64,000 bases of DNA from Vicugna vicugna (Eukaryota): contig MU058213.1 of the NCBI GenBank assembly GCA_013265495.1, positions 744,001 through 808,000 on the forward strand. The letters are read 5' to 3'. A program made the position numbers and the translations under genes. The notes under the pieces are model-generated. The model saw only the letters and a list, made by a program, of their open reading frames with translations. It was not told where the DNA came from and made no database searches. This document shows, one piece after another, positions 50,495-63,961 of the stretch; the stretch's first letter is position 1; every line of letters begins with the position of its first letter.

Positions 50495-50889
50495 CTGTGG
50501 GCAGAGGCAAAACAATCAGCTAAATGCACAAATACAACTTCCACAGGCATTATAATGAGACTGCTCTGTCTCTTTCCATAACCCATTCTGCCTGGTTAGC
50601 ACTTGAACTCCTGCGGCTTTCCGATAAATGCAAACTTTACTGAGTCCTGAAGGATTCTCCTGGTAGTGACTCTTATCTGTGAGTGCACCAGTGAGCGCAG
50701 CTGCTGCTGAAAAGGCTGTGTTATCCTCCAGGGAAGCCCCATGATACCTGGGATAGACTGAGCACAGGGGGATAGGAAAGCAATCCAGGGTGTTGCTCCT
50801 GCCTTCAGGATGCTGATGCTACAGGTAAAGAAATGAGATTCACAAAACATTTGGTGTGCAAAGCACCAAACTGCATGATTTCCAAGGTG

Positions 50890-51613
50890 GCTGGACTGGT
50901 TTCCTATGTGCTGTAACAAGGTGCCACAAACTTAGTGGCATAAAATACAATTTTCTTCAACACAATTTAAAATATCTTACATTTCTGGAGGTCAGAAGAA
51001 TAAAAGAGATCTCACAAGGTTAAAATCAAAGTGTCAGCAGAGCTATGTTTCTCCTGGAGGCTCTGAGGGAGAACTTATTTCTAGCCTTTTTCAGCTTCCA
51101 GAGGCCACTTACACTCCTTGGCTTGTGGCCACATCACTCTGACCTCCACTTCCACCATCACAACTTTCTCTCTCTCTGCTCCCATCATCACATCACCTTC
51201 TCTCACTCTGACACTCCTGCTTCTTTCTTATAAGGTAAGAAATTGCATCCACCTGGATAGTACAGGATACTCTCCCCATCTCAAGATCCTTCACTTCATC
51301 ATATCACAGAGCAGGTGACGTGACAATAGAAGCACAGGTTAGAGAGAAAGATTCTGAGGAGACTATGCTGGTGAATTTGAAGATGGAAGAGGCCCACAAG
51401 CCAGGAGACTCAGGTGGAAGGCCCCTAGAGCTGGAAAAGGCAAGGGAACAGACTCTCCCCCTAATACTTCCAGAAGCCTTGCTGACATGCTGATTTTAAC
51501 CCAGTGAAAACCATTCTGAACTTCTGACCTCTAGAACTGTGAGATGATAAATTTATGTTCTATTAGGCCACGAATTTTATGGTGATCTGTTAGGCAGCCA
51601 TGGGAAATGAGTA
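50890..51613. mobile_element. Two MaLR LTR fragments in opposite orientation (~50890-51310 minus, ~51315-51613 plus)
   Basis: GCTGTAACAA...CCACAAACTTAGTGGC...TTCTGGAGGTCAGAAG and its reverse-sense counterpart CTTCTGACCTCTAGAACTGTGAG...GGAAATGAGTACA. Confidence 0.65.
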
Positions 51614-52378
51614 CAGGGGACATAAGGATTTATGCAGAGGTGGGTTGGGACCGTTGAAAAATGCTTCTGGAAGGAGGTACCACTCCAGCGGGGCCAAGAA
51701 AAGTGAGCAGGCTCTGATGGGTGAAAAAGAAGACACAGCAGGTAGAGAGTTAACAGAACACTCTCCCACTGCATGAGCGTGTGTCCTGTTGATTTTCTAG
51801 CTCTGCCTCCGTGGAGACTGATAAAGGTAGAACGTTAGTGGCTTTACTAAGCAACCTGTTTATGATAAGAATGACCTCTCATTGGTGAACTGCATCTGGA
51901 TCAGGAAGAAGAAGAAATGAAGCAGAAATACCTGATCAGAATATCATACTTTGAATGTTTTTTAAGGGCGGTGACTTGTATCTGAGCATGTTCCTTGGGA
52001 GCTAGTGCCACCCAGGGAGTGTCCAAGAGACACTGGCTTCCCGACAACTGCCACATGAATGAGCAAGGAAGCAGATGCTCCGGCCCCAGTTAAGTCTTCA
52101 GATGACTGCATCTCTGCCCACAGCTCAACTGCAACTCAGAGCCAGAACCACCCAGCTAAGCTGCTTCTGGATTCCTAAGCTCCAGAACTGCATGTTGTTA
52201 AGTGTTTTTTGTTTTAAGCTGCTAAATTTTGGGACGGTTTGTTATATGACAATAGATAACACAGGAAGGGAAGCCAATGTCTAAATCCCACTTTAAACAT
52301 ATTGGGTTGAAGGTGATAACAGAAAGGTGAAGGAGTAGAGTTAGAAGCAGAAAGGGACCAGGACTCAGGGAAAGTGAT

Positions 52379-52506
52379 GAATGGCGAGTGGTCCTTGTGT
52401 AGAGATGGCAGCTCACTCATTCATTCCAACAATGGGAGGAATGACGAGTGGATTTTGGAAGTCCTTGTGTAGAGATGGCAGCTCACTCATTCATTCCAAC
52501 AATGGG
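52379..52506. repeat. Local tandem duplication with an exact 46-bp core
   Basis: GTCCTTGTGTAGAGATGGCAGCTCACTCATTCATTCCAACAATGGG at 52391-52436 and 52461-52506. Confidence 0.9.
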
Positions 52507-53278
52507 GACACCACGGGGGCAATGGCAAGGACCGACACGGTCTCTGCCCCCATGGAGCAGACTGACCTGTACCATTTATTACTGAGCGGGAAAGATCCTC
52601 ATTTTCATTTTGGACATTTTAAATGTGAGATGAGAGTTGAATAAATAACAACAAAGGAGCCCTTCAAAGACTGAGTATAGAAAAATGAACAGAGAGTTGA
52701 AGATACAGCCTCAGTGATAAAGGCCGGGAGGAAGACGCACTACTGAACAAAAGAGCAAAGAGCGTTAGGAGAGGGAAGTCACAACAGTTCAGACACAGAA
52801 GCAGGAGAAGGAAAGAAAGATGTGGGGGTGGTCCTTTTCCCAGGAGCTCATGAGGACCCTCGGTGTGAAGTTCAGTTCATGTTCAGGACTAATGTCTGGC
52901 TTTTTAGTTCTCTACTTCTTTTTTTCTAATAGAAATTGGGATATTGATCCCATGTAACTGGGAGAGAACATGAATTTTAAAGCAATTAAATTTGAAATTT
53001 GTTCAGTTTCATTTTCACAAGGGGAGAGCTAATAGAAAAAGAGGTTAAAAGTATTCTTTATACGGTACCCCTTACAGTTACATGAGGGTCTGGGATTATG
53101 TGGGGGGTGGTGAGCTACCTGCCTGCCGCGAAGGATCATTTAGCCCATCCCTGAGCTCCAAACCCACCAGTTGAGACTCATCCCTCTGGTTTTCAAAAAC
53201 CAGCAAATAACACATCAACACATGTTGACCTCAGCTGAAAGTTCAAAAAAATAGGAAAGTGAAAGTTATTTTTCCAAC

Positions 53279-53366
53279 CTTTTTCAATTGTCTTGGTCAA
53301 AATCTTCACTTGATCTTGTAGCTTTTTAATCACTCTGTCCTTCATGTCCAACTCTTCCTCAAGATC
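53279..53366 (-). CDS. MYO5C: MYO5C exon DLEEELDMKDRVIKKLQDQVKILTKTIEK
   Basis: Manual translation, heptad pattern; tctgtAG / GTTGGA; 88 nt, phase 0 in, 1 out. Confidence 0.92.
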
Positions 53367-54964
53367 CTACAGAAATCAAAAGAAACAAGGACATTAGCTT
53401 AGGAGCTCCTTATCTATTTTTTGGTAATAGCCTTCCTGAACTATAATTCACATGCCACACGACGCACACTACATGGTTTCTTAGTATAGCCAGCTGTGCA
53501 CCCATCACCATTATCTAATTCCACAGTATTTTCATCACATCAAAAAACCCCTAACTTTAAGCTGTCACCTCCTTGTCACTCTTCCAGCCCTTGGCAACTG
53601 CTGATCTGCTTTCTGTCTCTATGTATTTGCCTGTTCTGGAAATTTACTATAAATGGAATCATCCAATATGTGGCCTTTCATGTTCGTCTTCTTTCACCTG
53701 GCATTACGTTTTCAGGGTTCATCCCTGCTGGAGCATGAATCAATACTTCACCGCTTTTGGTGTCTGAATAACATCCTATCGTATGGATATATCACATTTA
53801 TCTTGATCTAATTTTCCCTTAATAAAATAAAGCCCACTGTAGAGAATTTAAAAATATGCAGGTGTGAAAATGGGCTCTCTGGATGTCAGCGGCTGGAGGT
53901 CGACAGGAACGTCAGAGATTCGGGTCCCCACTTTGCCTCTCCTTCCTGATAAGGGGGTGGCCCTGCCGGTGCTGAACTTGGCTCAAGAACCACAAGAGTC
54001 CTGGATGCCCATAAATTCTTCCTACAGAGGGCAGAGAATCTTTAAATTCTTCCTCAGTTCTGAGGGCTTTGACAAAGAAAGGATTCAGGCTTCTCCAATC
54101 CAGCAGTGCCCACCATCAGTCACGTGCCCTCTGGGGACTCCCAGGGCCGAGGGAAGTGTGTTGTTTCTCCTCAGAGGCCACCTCTCCCTGCTACAGTTCT
54201 GTGTCCCTGGCTAACCTTGTCAGGAACTTCATCTGGCCTTACAAGTCAGGTGTAGGTACTGTTTCTTCCCTCCTATTAGAGTCTATTTTAAAAAACATCT
54301 AATAATTTTTTTAAAAAGCCACCCATCAGTCCAGAACCTGGAGGAAATCACTGTTCACATGTTGATTTATTTCATTCTTTTTTTCTAATATGGCACATAT
54401 ACATTTTATAAAATTGGGTCACATTGCATATGAAGTTTAAATCCTGTACTTCTCTCTCATTTCTCTGCAGATACTTCCCTTTATCGATAACATATCAAAC
54501 TGTCATTTTAATGGCTAAATCACATGATTATATAATAATTAAATCTGCCCACTGTCGCTGGACATCCTTTTTTCCTTTTCTTTCCTTTTTTTTTGTTTGC
54601 TATGACTGATAACACTATGCTGACCACTCTAAACAAAAATCCTTTTGTCCACATATCCAATTACTTGCTTAGAATAGAATCTTAGAAATTACATTACCAA
54701 GTCAAAGAAAACGCACTTTCAGAGGTTCCTGATATTTGCCTCCAAACCACTCCTGAGAAAGCTGACACCAATTTCAGTCCCCAGGAACTATGTGTGACAC
54801 AGCCCACTTCAGGGTGTTTTCACCAGCACCGTAAGACCATTATTATTTGAGAGGCAAAAATAATACCTAGTTTTAATTTTAAATTTATTTGAAAAATAAT
54901 GAGATGATCACTTAAAGCTTTTTTTCTTTTTTTAATAAGGATTTTTTTTTGACTCAAAGGATAA

Positions 54965-55377
54965 TATAGTGGATTGAATAGTGTCCCCTCAAAATCATGT
55001 CCACTTAGAACCCCAGAATGTGACCTTACTTGGAAATAGGGTCTTGGCACTTGCCATTAAACTAAGGGTCAATGTGAGATCATATTGGACCAGGGTGGGT
55101 CCTAAATCCAGTTGAGACTGTCTTTATAACAGACAGAAAAGGACACACAGAGGGAAGACACAGGCAGAGAGTAGAATTATGCTGCCACAAACCAAGGAAT
55201 GCCAGGAGCTGCCAGAGGCAAGGATGGACTCTTCCCTAGAGACCTTAGAGGAGTGCAGCCCTGCTCACACCTTGAATTTGGACTTCCGGCTTCCACACTG
55301 TGAGAGTGCAAGTTTCTGTTGTTTTAAGCCACCTAGTTTATGGTAACTTATTATGGTAGTTCTGGGAAACTAATACA
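54965..55377 (+). mobile_element. MaLR solo LTR (MLT1B/C-like)
   Basis: TAGTGGATTGAATAGTGTCCCCTCAAAA...GAATGTGACCTTACTTGGAAATAGGGTC...GAAACTAATACA. Confidence 0.8.
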
Positions 55378-56774
55378 GTTTAATCTCATTTGCAGGCAAA
55401 ATCCACCACTGAAGAGAGAGAAATGGTATTCTTTTGTTGCATACTCATCTGTTCGTTTGTAGCACTGAGGCAACTGATTTGTTTGGAATGACCACGTGGA
55501 TATGACTGCTCCTCTGCTCGGTGCATTGCAGAAGAAACAGGCCTGGCCCTTCCCTGCCTGTGAGCAGAGCCACACACACACAGGGGGGCTCCTGAGTGGG
55601 ACCCCACTGCTCCCGGAGCACCGGAAACAAATGCACAGAAGTCCCACACAACTCGGGGACTGACAAAACGCAGAGCCACACTCTCACAGCTAGGGAAGGA
55701 AGGCTCCCACAGGACAAGACGTGCAACACATGTGACCCCCCCTCCTACCCTTTCCCCCTTACCACTGCCACCAGCTGAGACCCAGAGACACACACGCAGG
55801 CACAGTGGCAGAAGGTGTGACAGCCTTCCACACAAGTTCAGTTGGCAGTTGCTTGTCTGGTGGGATTTCAGAAGTCTATTCTCTGAGAAAGCCAGACCCC
55901 TCCAAAAAGAGCCATCATCCAGGTGTCCTGACTGGAATGTATTACCTTCTATTAAATGTTAAACTCTCTGGATTCCTCTTTTTATCTATAATTACTCTTC
56001 AAGGTAAATCCTGACGCTGTAAAATATGATTTTACCCTATCATGTTTTTCTTGTGAGATAGGAAACATGGGGCCCTGACAGTGGGGAGTAGGGCCCGGGG
56101 GCAGGTCCAGGTGGACCACTGCCCTGCTGAGCCCTCCCCTAGTCGGGGTCTTGGAGGCGGCCAGGCCAGGGAGGGGCCTGAGATTGTCCATCTCCCGGGA
56201 AAGCATCCCATCTGCTACTCTGGTGCTTCTCAGTCTTGTGGGTTTCACAAACCAGCACAACTTCAGAAGAATTGCTGGGAACTGTCAAAGAGTTCCCACA
56301 ACTCACTCAATAAGGACATTTACAATTTGATGAAGACTTTCACAATTTCAAACGCCAGTCATCTCCTATCATGACCATTTCATGGAAGAACATTTTAACT
56401 CCGCAAACTGTAGGAAAGGCATACCCCCAGAAGCAAGCATGGGCCTTTGCTAGGCTAAGCTGTGCTCAGAGATGTTCACACATCAGCCTGCCGTCTTCAA
56501 CGTGCTTTGGGCCAGAGAATCATCGTCTCAGACAGGTGCCACTCAGGGGATGGTGCTCAGGACCTCACCGCCCCTCCACTCTCGTCCGTGTAAATCCCAG
56601 GCTCCCCTGCAGCACCTGTCACCTCAGAGACCACCTGTCTTTTGAGATAAGGAAACAGGCTGCTCTGGCAAAAAAGCAGACACTGCTCACTGGATGCTCC
56701 AGGTGGCCAGCTCCCCCTTTCAGTGATTCCTGTGCACAGGCAGTCATTTCTCAGCAAGTCAGAGGGCGTCTCAC

Positions 56775-56943
56775 CCTGTTCTCCACAGTGGGATGAGGTG
56801 CTTCCTGCTGCAAACTACTCTTGACCTCACTTTCAGTTTCAAACTGTTTCTTCAAGTGCTCGCTGGTCTCCTGCATTTCTTGACTCGTATCCATCAGCTT
56901 CTCTTTCTCTTTGGTGTGAATTTCATTTTGGGCTTCTACGGTC
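56775..56943 (-). CDS. MYO5C: MYO5C exon (K)TVEAQNEIHTKEKEKLMDTSQEMQETSEHLKKQFETESEVKSSLQQEAPHPTVENR
   Basis: Open frame, ttttcccAG / GTGAGA; 169 nt, phase 2 in, 0 out. Confidence 0.9.
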
Positions 56944-58000
56944 CTGGGAAAAGGATTGAGGAAATTTTGGTATCAGTCTGACCGTCGTGGAGAAGTCACT
57001 CATCATCAAGCAAGCACGGATATTTCCAAAGATGGAAAAATACACTGGCCAATGTGTGTGTAAAGCAAATAGTACCCAGACAGGGGAGTGCTTGAAGTGG
57101 GGGGCAGAGACCAGGGTTAGTGGGGTGTGAAACTGCCCTTGGACGGCCCCAGTCTGCTTAGCCTCATAAGAGGCCCTCATCCCATGACCCCAGCCTACAC
57201 CCCTTGACTGCTCCCCCAGGGCATCTATTCCCATTCATACCCTATGACCAAAAACCTGATGACCATCTCTTTTGTGAACAGCCTGGGAACCAGACACTCA
57301 GAAAGCCTCGGTTCAGAGAGATGAGAAAAGGAAACCCATTCAAAGAGTCCCAAAAGGGTGGCTTGACACTTTCCTACTGCTTTGGACCCCCATTTGGTCC
57401 CAATCCTACAACGAAGCTACATGACTGAAAGTGCTCTCTGGGGTGCAGAGTGTCCATTTATTGTTCTAAACATTAAGTATCTCAACAAGCTGGCAGCGAA
57501 ACATTTTCCTCACCAGGCTGCACCAGAACCCCAGGCCCTCTGTTGGCCAGGATGTAATCTGGGGGGATTATCAATGAAGATTCTCTATCAACTTGGATTT
57601 TAGGCCTTACTCAAAGGGGTCTGCTAAGAGGAAAGCTGTCCTCTCTCACACGGTCTTAATTTATCACTTTTTTGAAGAGATAATTCATGCCTATGGCGTA
57701 ACACACTAAGGGCATAAAGGGTCCACAGTGAAGAGTAAGTCTCCTCTCTCCCCTGTGCACCAGGCACCCAGTGACCCTCCACGCCGGCAACCAACGTTTT
57801 GTTTTGTTTCTTGTGCACTCTTCCAGAGAAGGGGGTGTGTGTGTGTTTCTTTCCTTCACATTCGAATGCTAATATGTTATACAACTTAAGTAACACCTTG
57901 CTTTTTTGGCTTAATAACCTATCTTGGTATCTCCCACAATTTCTGAAAAGAAAGGCATTACGTAAGCGCGAACTTGAAGTACATGCGTGTTAACACTTAC

Positions 58001-58064
58001 TTTCTTTGCATTCCTTCCTCTTCTCTATAGCGATTCAACTGATGAGACAATTCCTCCAGTTTTC
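58001..58064 (-). CDS. MYO5C: MYO5C exon (G)KLEELSHQLNRYREEEGMQR(K)
   Basis: 64 nt, phase 1 in, 2 out; ttccAG / GTAAGT; needed to keep frame between neighbours. Confidence 0.9.
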
Positions 58065-58515
58065 CTGGAACGAGAAGAACCTCTGGCACTTCGGAGGCCG
58101 CATCACTGCATTCTGACTCGGGTTTGGCCGTATTTTCATATCTTTAGTTACCAAGGGTTCTAAGTTTACTCACCTAGAGATTAGGTTTTGTTTGGTCCAA
58201 ACAGTGTTTAAAACCTTTTCAAGGCATTATTTTAAAACTATGATATTTCATACAAAAATCTGAATTTTTATTATTTTTTTAAAATAGGAGTATCAACACT
58301 GGGGCCTAATTCCCTACTTAGCAACAATCAACGGAGCTTGGAGGCAGCTGCCGCCTTTAAGTGCCCATGCACCTTCCTGCACATCCACCTAGCCCACTTC
58401 TCACATTTACGTCACCTGCCTGGCCCCACAGAGACTCAGTTTGATACCCCTGGGTGTCATTTTCCGGGCACAAGAAACCATTTCCTAAAAGCAGCTTCAT
58501 GAGCGTCCCAGTTAC

Positions 58516-58609
58516 CTTTCATGGATTCGTTTTGTTCAGTCAGGCGGATTTCAAGATCTTGCTTCTGTTTCTCCAGTTCTGAAATTTGCTGTTTAAAGTC
58601 TGGGATCAT
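58516..58609 (-). CDS. MYO5C: MYO5C exon MIPDFKQQISELEKQKQDLEIRLTEQNESMK
   Basis: 94 nt, phase 0 in, 1 out; ctctgcAG / GTAACT. Confidence 0.93.
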
Positions 58610-60207
58610 CTGCAGAGAAGAAATAGAAATATTAGAATATAAAATTCTTGCATGTATGAACTTGAAAATCCCAGAGCTACTCAGAAGCAAACTAAACCAT
58701 CTAGGTATTTAACCCCGTGGGACATGCGTCCAGCATGGTCGTGTAAGGGGGCAGCCAAGGCATTAGGCTAGACAGACGTCATGTTTTTCACCTCAAGACC
58801 TATATGGTCACAAGAAACACCAGCAGGCTCAGAGTGAGTGGTTCTTACACGGCTACCACCCTCCACATCACCGAGGGCTCCTGCAGAGAAGGAGGTGTGC
58901 TAGCTGGGCGGGCACACGGGGATTCTCTCTGAGTTGAGGGAGGGATGATGTGAGGAAATGCAGCCAGTCTCTTTGGTCCAGGCCCAGAGGCATCATCTCC
59001 TCATCTAGAAACAGGTGAATGATCTCAAAGGGGTCCCACTGTGCCCTTCGAATTCCAGGCTGTGCACGGCTCTGTTAGTGGACATCTGGAATGATCCAAT
59101 GTGTTTCAAAATCTTCTGTCCTTGTCTAGCTATATCTCTCTTTAAAGGCCCATCATTTCCACACTCAGTCAGGTAAGGAGAGCTTTTCTGTTGTCCAAGT
59201 TTATAAAAACACCTGTGCCTCTGAAGTCCAAATGAAGAATTTTTTGATTGCATAATTGGACCTCACTGCAAATTCTTCATTACAGTTTCACCCAAGGAAT
59301 AAACAAAGATGTGCGGTCCTTAACTACAGTTCCACACATCCGCTGTGCCCAGGATCACATCTCACCTGCTGACACAGCCCTGAGATCTCCTACTGCTCCC
59401 AGGCTGGGCAGAGGAGGAGGAGTCGGCAAAGAAGCTGAGAAGGAGCAGCCAGTGAGGCAGGATGAGAAAACGTGGAGAGTGTGGTGACCTGGAAGCCAAC
59501 AGAACAATAAGGAGGGACAGGAAGTGGTTAAGTCACCAAAAACTGCTGAGAGACTGAGACGAGGGTGAAGAGGAATCCCCTGTGCCCAGCCCTGAGCAGG
59601 CAGATGCAGTTAGTGGCGGGGACACACGGCAGAACGAGGTAGCTGTGGAGTAAGTGAGGGGGAAGAAATCACAGCTCGGTGGCCATGGAAGAGCACGGCC
59701 AAGCCCCCAGAGAGACTGAGTGGTGGCTGGAGGAGGTGTGGGGTGGAGAAAGTAACGTTTTTTGATGAGAAGTTTCCTAAGACATTTCTTCAGGCCTGTA
59801 GGTATGAGTTAGAAGAAAGGATGCAGTGGGAAAGAACGGGCATTATGGAAGAAGGATGTTGAAACAGTGAGATGAGCAGGAGACCTGCCTTCTGAACGCA
59901 CGCCCCTCTCAAAAGATGCCCTTTCACCTTGATGCTTTTTGTTACTTTCCAAGGGGTTAGGGCTAGATTTTAAATACATAGGTTTAAACACACCCACATG
60001 AATTACAGAATTTGCACCCATCCTATGGTAAACACTCTCAAAATGCTTTCCAGCCTGGGATAATTTTATAATTTTATTTTCTGAACCAGTTATTTCCCTC
60101 CTGGAAAACATAATTCATTTTACAGCCGAGAAACTGAACGTTCCTTCACTAATGCGTAACATCTCCCGAATAACGGCCAGGACTGGGGCCCGGGGCAGAG
60201 ACTCTAC

Positions 60208-60388
60208 CATGTTTTCTGATGTCAGCCTGGTAACTTCATGACGAATGCTCTCATTGATGTCATTCTCTTCTCTAAATAATTTCTGCAGGTGGTTGATTTC
60301 TTGACTGAGATGCGCCACTTTGAAGTTCAAAGCTTCAATCTCCTTCTCATAGCAGTCCTTCTGGGACTGGAAATGGCTCTCCAAGACA
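60208..60388 (-). CDS. MYO5C: MYO5C exon (R)VLESHFQSQKDCYEKEIEALNFKVAHLSQEINHLQKLFREENDINESIRHEVTRLTSENM
   Basis: Myosin V coiled-coil motif E.TRLT.EN; 181 nt, phase 2 in, 0 out. Confidence 0.95.
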
Positions 60389-61262
60389 CTGTTAGAGGAG
60401 GGTCAAGAAGTTAACCACGCGGCCTTTACCCTGCTGTGCTGAGGACTCTGCACGTGCACTTGTGCAGCCGTTACGAGAACCCACAATGACAGCCAGGCAC
60501 TAAGCACACAAAGTTCACTTACAGACACACGGTTACAGGCTATGGAATTAGGAACACACAATTACAAAAACCTTCTAGCTAGTTAGGAAGTGTTATGTGA
60601 TGTTCATGCAGTTAATGGTGAAAAATTTTATTTTAGACATTATTAAAATTACATTTTTAATCTAATGGTTAAAATATGTTTTGTAAGATGCAACAATGAT
60701 AAAGATACACGTTATTATACACTTTTCAAAACCCATAGAGTGTACAACACACAGAGTGAACTCTACTGACTTGGTGATAATGACGTGTCAATGTAAGTTC
60801 ACCGATTTTAACAGACGTCCCTCTGGTGAGATGTTGGTAGTGGCTGTGCATGTGTGGGAGCAGGAGGTGTTATGTGAGACATCCCTGCACTTCCTGCTCA
60901 GTTTTGCTGTGAATCTAAAACTGCTCTATAAAATAAACGTTTATTAATGTAAAAAACGGCAGACATCTTAAATTTAAACATATCTATATATCTATAGTAA
61001 CACTAGCTGACTTATTTGATATAATTAGTTTTCATTGTACAGGTTATGGGTTTTATTACTTGGCCATGTATCCCACAAAGAGATAGTTCTTCATTACTAA
61101 ACTAATTATCTAATCCTTGAAGAAATATTTCCAGGGATTATTAGACCATTCTACCGTAGGAAATTTACTTTGTGTATCAAATTTACGTAACATAAAATTT
61201 TGACTTTCTGGTAGTCCACTGTTTCTGAAAAATCACAAAGAACCCTGAGGGGAATTTCTCAC

Positions 61263-61343
61263 CGTGTTGCTTTCTTTAGTCCTTCATAAGCAAACCAAAG
61301 TTCTCCATCCTCATTTAAATGTTCCAAATCTTCCACAGAGAGC
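61263..61343 (-). CDS. MYO5C: MYO5C exon (R)LSVEDLEHLNEDGELWFAYEGLKKAT(R)
   Basis: Conserved LNEDGEL..AYEGLK.A.R motif of myosin V; 81 nt, phase 2/2. Confidence 0.95.
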
Positions 61344-61424
61344 CTACAACACAAGGAGAGTAAGAAAATCATGTCTCTCATGTGTTACACGTCTCTAAGT
61401 GCTTGGTAATGCAAAAATGATTAC

Positions 61425-61488
61425 CTGCTTCTTACGTCTTCAATGTCATAGCTCTCAAGAAGCTGCCTGGTGATCTCTGACATCTGTT
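61425..61488 (-). CDS. MYO5C: MYO5C exon (E)QMSEITRQLLESYDIEDVRS(R)
   Basis: 64 nt, phase 1 in, 2 out; followed by an 81-nt intron. Confidence 0.9.
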
Positions 61489-61816
61489 CTGAGAGGAAAA
61501 GGCAGAGCTGATATAAATTACATTTTTTTTTGTGTGATTTCTCATTTCCCATTTCCAGTTCTCCAGCTCCACAGACTCTCTAGCTACCCATCCCATCAGC
61601 TGATTAACTCACCAGCTGACCGACCGACCGACCAATCAACCAACCAACCAACCTATCTACCAGCTATGAAGTCAACCAGCTATTCAACCTATCATATATC
61701 CACCAACCAGCTAACCAACAGCCTCAGACCAGTCAAAGGACACACTGCCTTCGCAGTGACACCTCTGATCAACACAGCCTGCACCCTCTGGACTCAGTGA
61801 TTCGTGTCTTTGTTAC

Positions 61817-61910
61817 CTCTCATTTCCCGTTTTTGGGACTGCACGTGTTTCTCCACGTCTATCTTCTGTGTCTGAAGTAGCTCTATCTCCTTTTCAAACT
61901 CAGAGATTGT
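61817..61910 (-). CDS. MYO5C: MYO5C exon TISEFEKEIELLQTQKIDVEKHVQSQKREMR
   Basis: 94 nt, phase 0 in, 1 out; attcAG / GTAACA. Confidence 0.92.
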
Positions 61911-63780
61911 CTGAATCACAGCAATGATGGAACCAGGTGAAGAAAAAACAGATACCGTGATTCACATCAGAAAAAGAAGCACTTCACTGTATTATGCACC
62001 CATACAAGGTGTTCTCACTGCAGCTGCTTAGTTAAAATCTTGTTAAACCATCACTGCCCATAAAACTTGGCCTCAAAGCATTGTTCAATTGCTCAAAATA
62101 CTGTTATTCCTAGACGTACTTGGTTCTATCAGTAGAATTTGCTTTCCTACTATATAAACGAAAAAAATTTTTACTGCAAGCTTGGGGTGAGGAGGAGGAG
62201 GTGGTCATGGGGGCTAAGTTCTTTCTCAGCATATGATGAAATCGTGGAGGTGAGGAAGTGGGCAAAGTCACCACCTTTGTAATTGTGGGTCTGGCCCAGC
62301 GGCAGGGCTAGGGTGTGCCCTGGAGATGTGGGAGTTGGCAGTGGGGGCATGACTGGGGACCACGAGGGGAAGTTCTGGCTGTGGGGAAGAGGCTGTGTGC
62401 TACCCCTATTCACCTGTAAGCTCGGTGTGAGGACCCCAGGTATGTGCTCTGTAGCTGTGGGAGCTATCCAGGGGCGAATAGCCCCTCCAGAGTGTCTTCT
62501 CAGTTGGCCTGTTTAAACGTTACAGCTCCAGTTTCCACAGGGGGTGAGAAGGGAGATCAAACTGACATTTACTGATCATTTTATATATATGACCTCATCC
62601 TTGTAACAGCCCTACAAGGTGAGTAGGATGATCTTTTACAGATGAGGACACTGAAGCTGCATAGAAGTTAAATGGCATGTTCAGCATCAAACAGAGAGCT
62701 GGCAGGGGCCCCAGGACCACCCACCCTGCTCTTTGTAATGTTCCAAGTCACATGTGAATTCACTTCTAGGCTGATTATAACATAGATGCTGATGATAATG
62801 GGTTTGTTTTCTTTGAAAATCAGAGTAATTCCCTTAATACACCACACTGGAGAGACTGGACCATCATTTTAGCTACCAAAGAGGAAGTCAGTGACAAATA
62901 TTGGTGTCTTACTCCAAGTGCAGCCACGTGACTTCCCAAGACACAGACTATAGCCAGACGAGGTGACTCCCGCAGAGGGACATCAGTCTTACGTGACTGC
63001 TAAGAATGAAGCACTCAAAGGCATATGTGGTCCTTCCTGATTTAACGGTCCAATCTCCTACTTTTAAACAATAAGCAACCAGGGCTCAGAGAATATGGGC
63101 AGTTCTACTGAGAAATTCAGAGAGAACCCAGGTGTAATCTTAGAAGTGACACATCTTCTAAACCATGCCTGGCTAGCATGGCTATTCCGTGACAATTGCA
63201 GAGAATATTTGTGTAATCTTAACAATTATTCTATTAACATGTTTCACACATCTAGTGGATGCTTAAAAGCTACCCAAACTTACAGTGAAATGGTTGGCAC
63301 TGAGGAAGAAAGGACACACAGGTCTGTGTTTTCTGATAGAGAAGGAATTCAGATAAGCCTCGATTGTCCAAGCATGGACCATTGCTTGTGTCCATTATCT
63401 GCTAACATTTTGAAGTGGAAGATTCTGACACAGTAATTTAATTTTAATACAGGTATTTGTAGATACAGAACAACATGATGGATTATGTAACAGTGGTTCA
63501 TGTCAATTTATAATTTCATATGGAAGTATTCTCTAGGTCAACATATTCCAGTAACTTTTATGTAAATGGAATTTTTGTAAAGTAAGAATACTGACTTTTA
63601 AAACATGAAGAGCAGTACTCCTAAGGCAAAGGCAGTCTTGGGGCTACTCTTGAAGGAACTGAAGGAATCAGGGTCCTTCTGCCTTCACACGGGGGCGCGT
63701 TTAGCTGAGCCGGTGGGGGTGAGGACCTGCCCCGCCGCGCGCAGGTCAGACGCGCTGAGAAAGTGAGGAGCAGCCCCTAC

Positions 63781-63961
63781 CTTCGCCTGCTGGCTCAGCC
63801 GGGCCACTTCCCCCTTCAGGCCGTCAGAGGTGACCCGCTCCTCCTCCAGCTGGTGCTGCAGTTGCATTTTCTCACCCTTGAGAGATTTAATTTCTTCTTT
63901 CAAAGACCAGATCTGCTTCTCATAGTCTTGTGTTTTCAGTTCAAAACTTTTTTCAAGAAGT
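63781..63961 (-). CDS. MYO5C: MYO5C exon LLEKSFELKTQDYEKQIWSLKEEIKSLKGEKMQLQHQLEEERVTSDGLKGEVARLSQQAK (most 5' exon in window)
   Basis: Coiled-coil ORF; ccacttAG / GTAGGG; 181 nt, phase 2 in, 0 out. Confidence 0.92.

Noticed and set aside
61580..61720. Degenerate (CCRA)/(CCAGCT) repetitive tract as a structured element
   Set aside because: Looks like a decayed tetranucleotide microsatellite with no regular spacer structure
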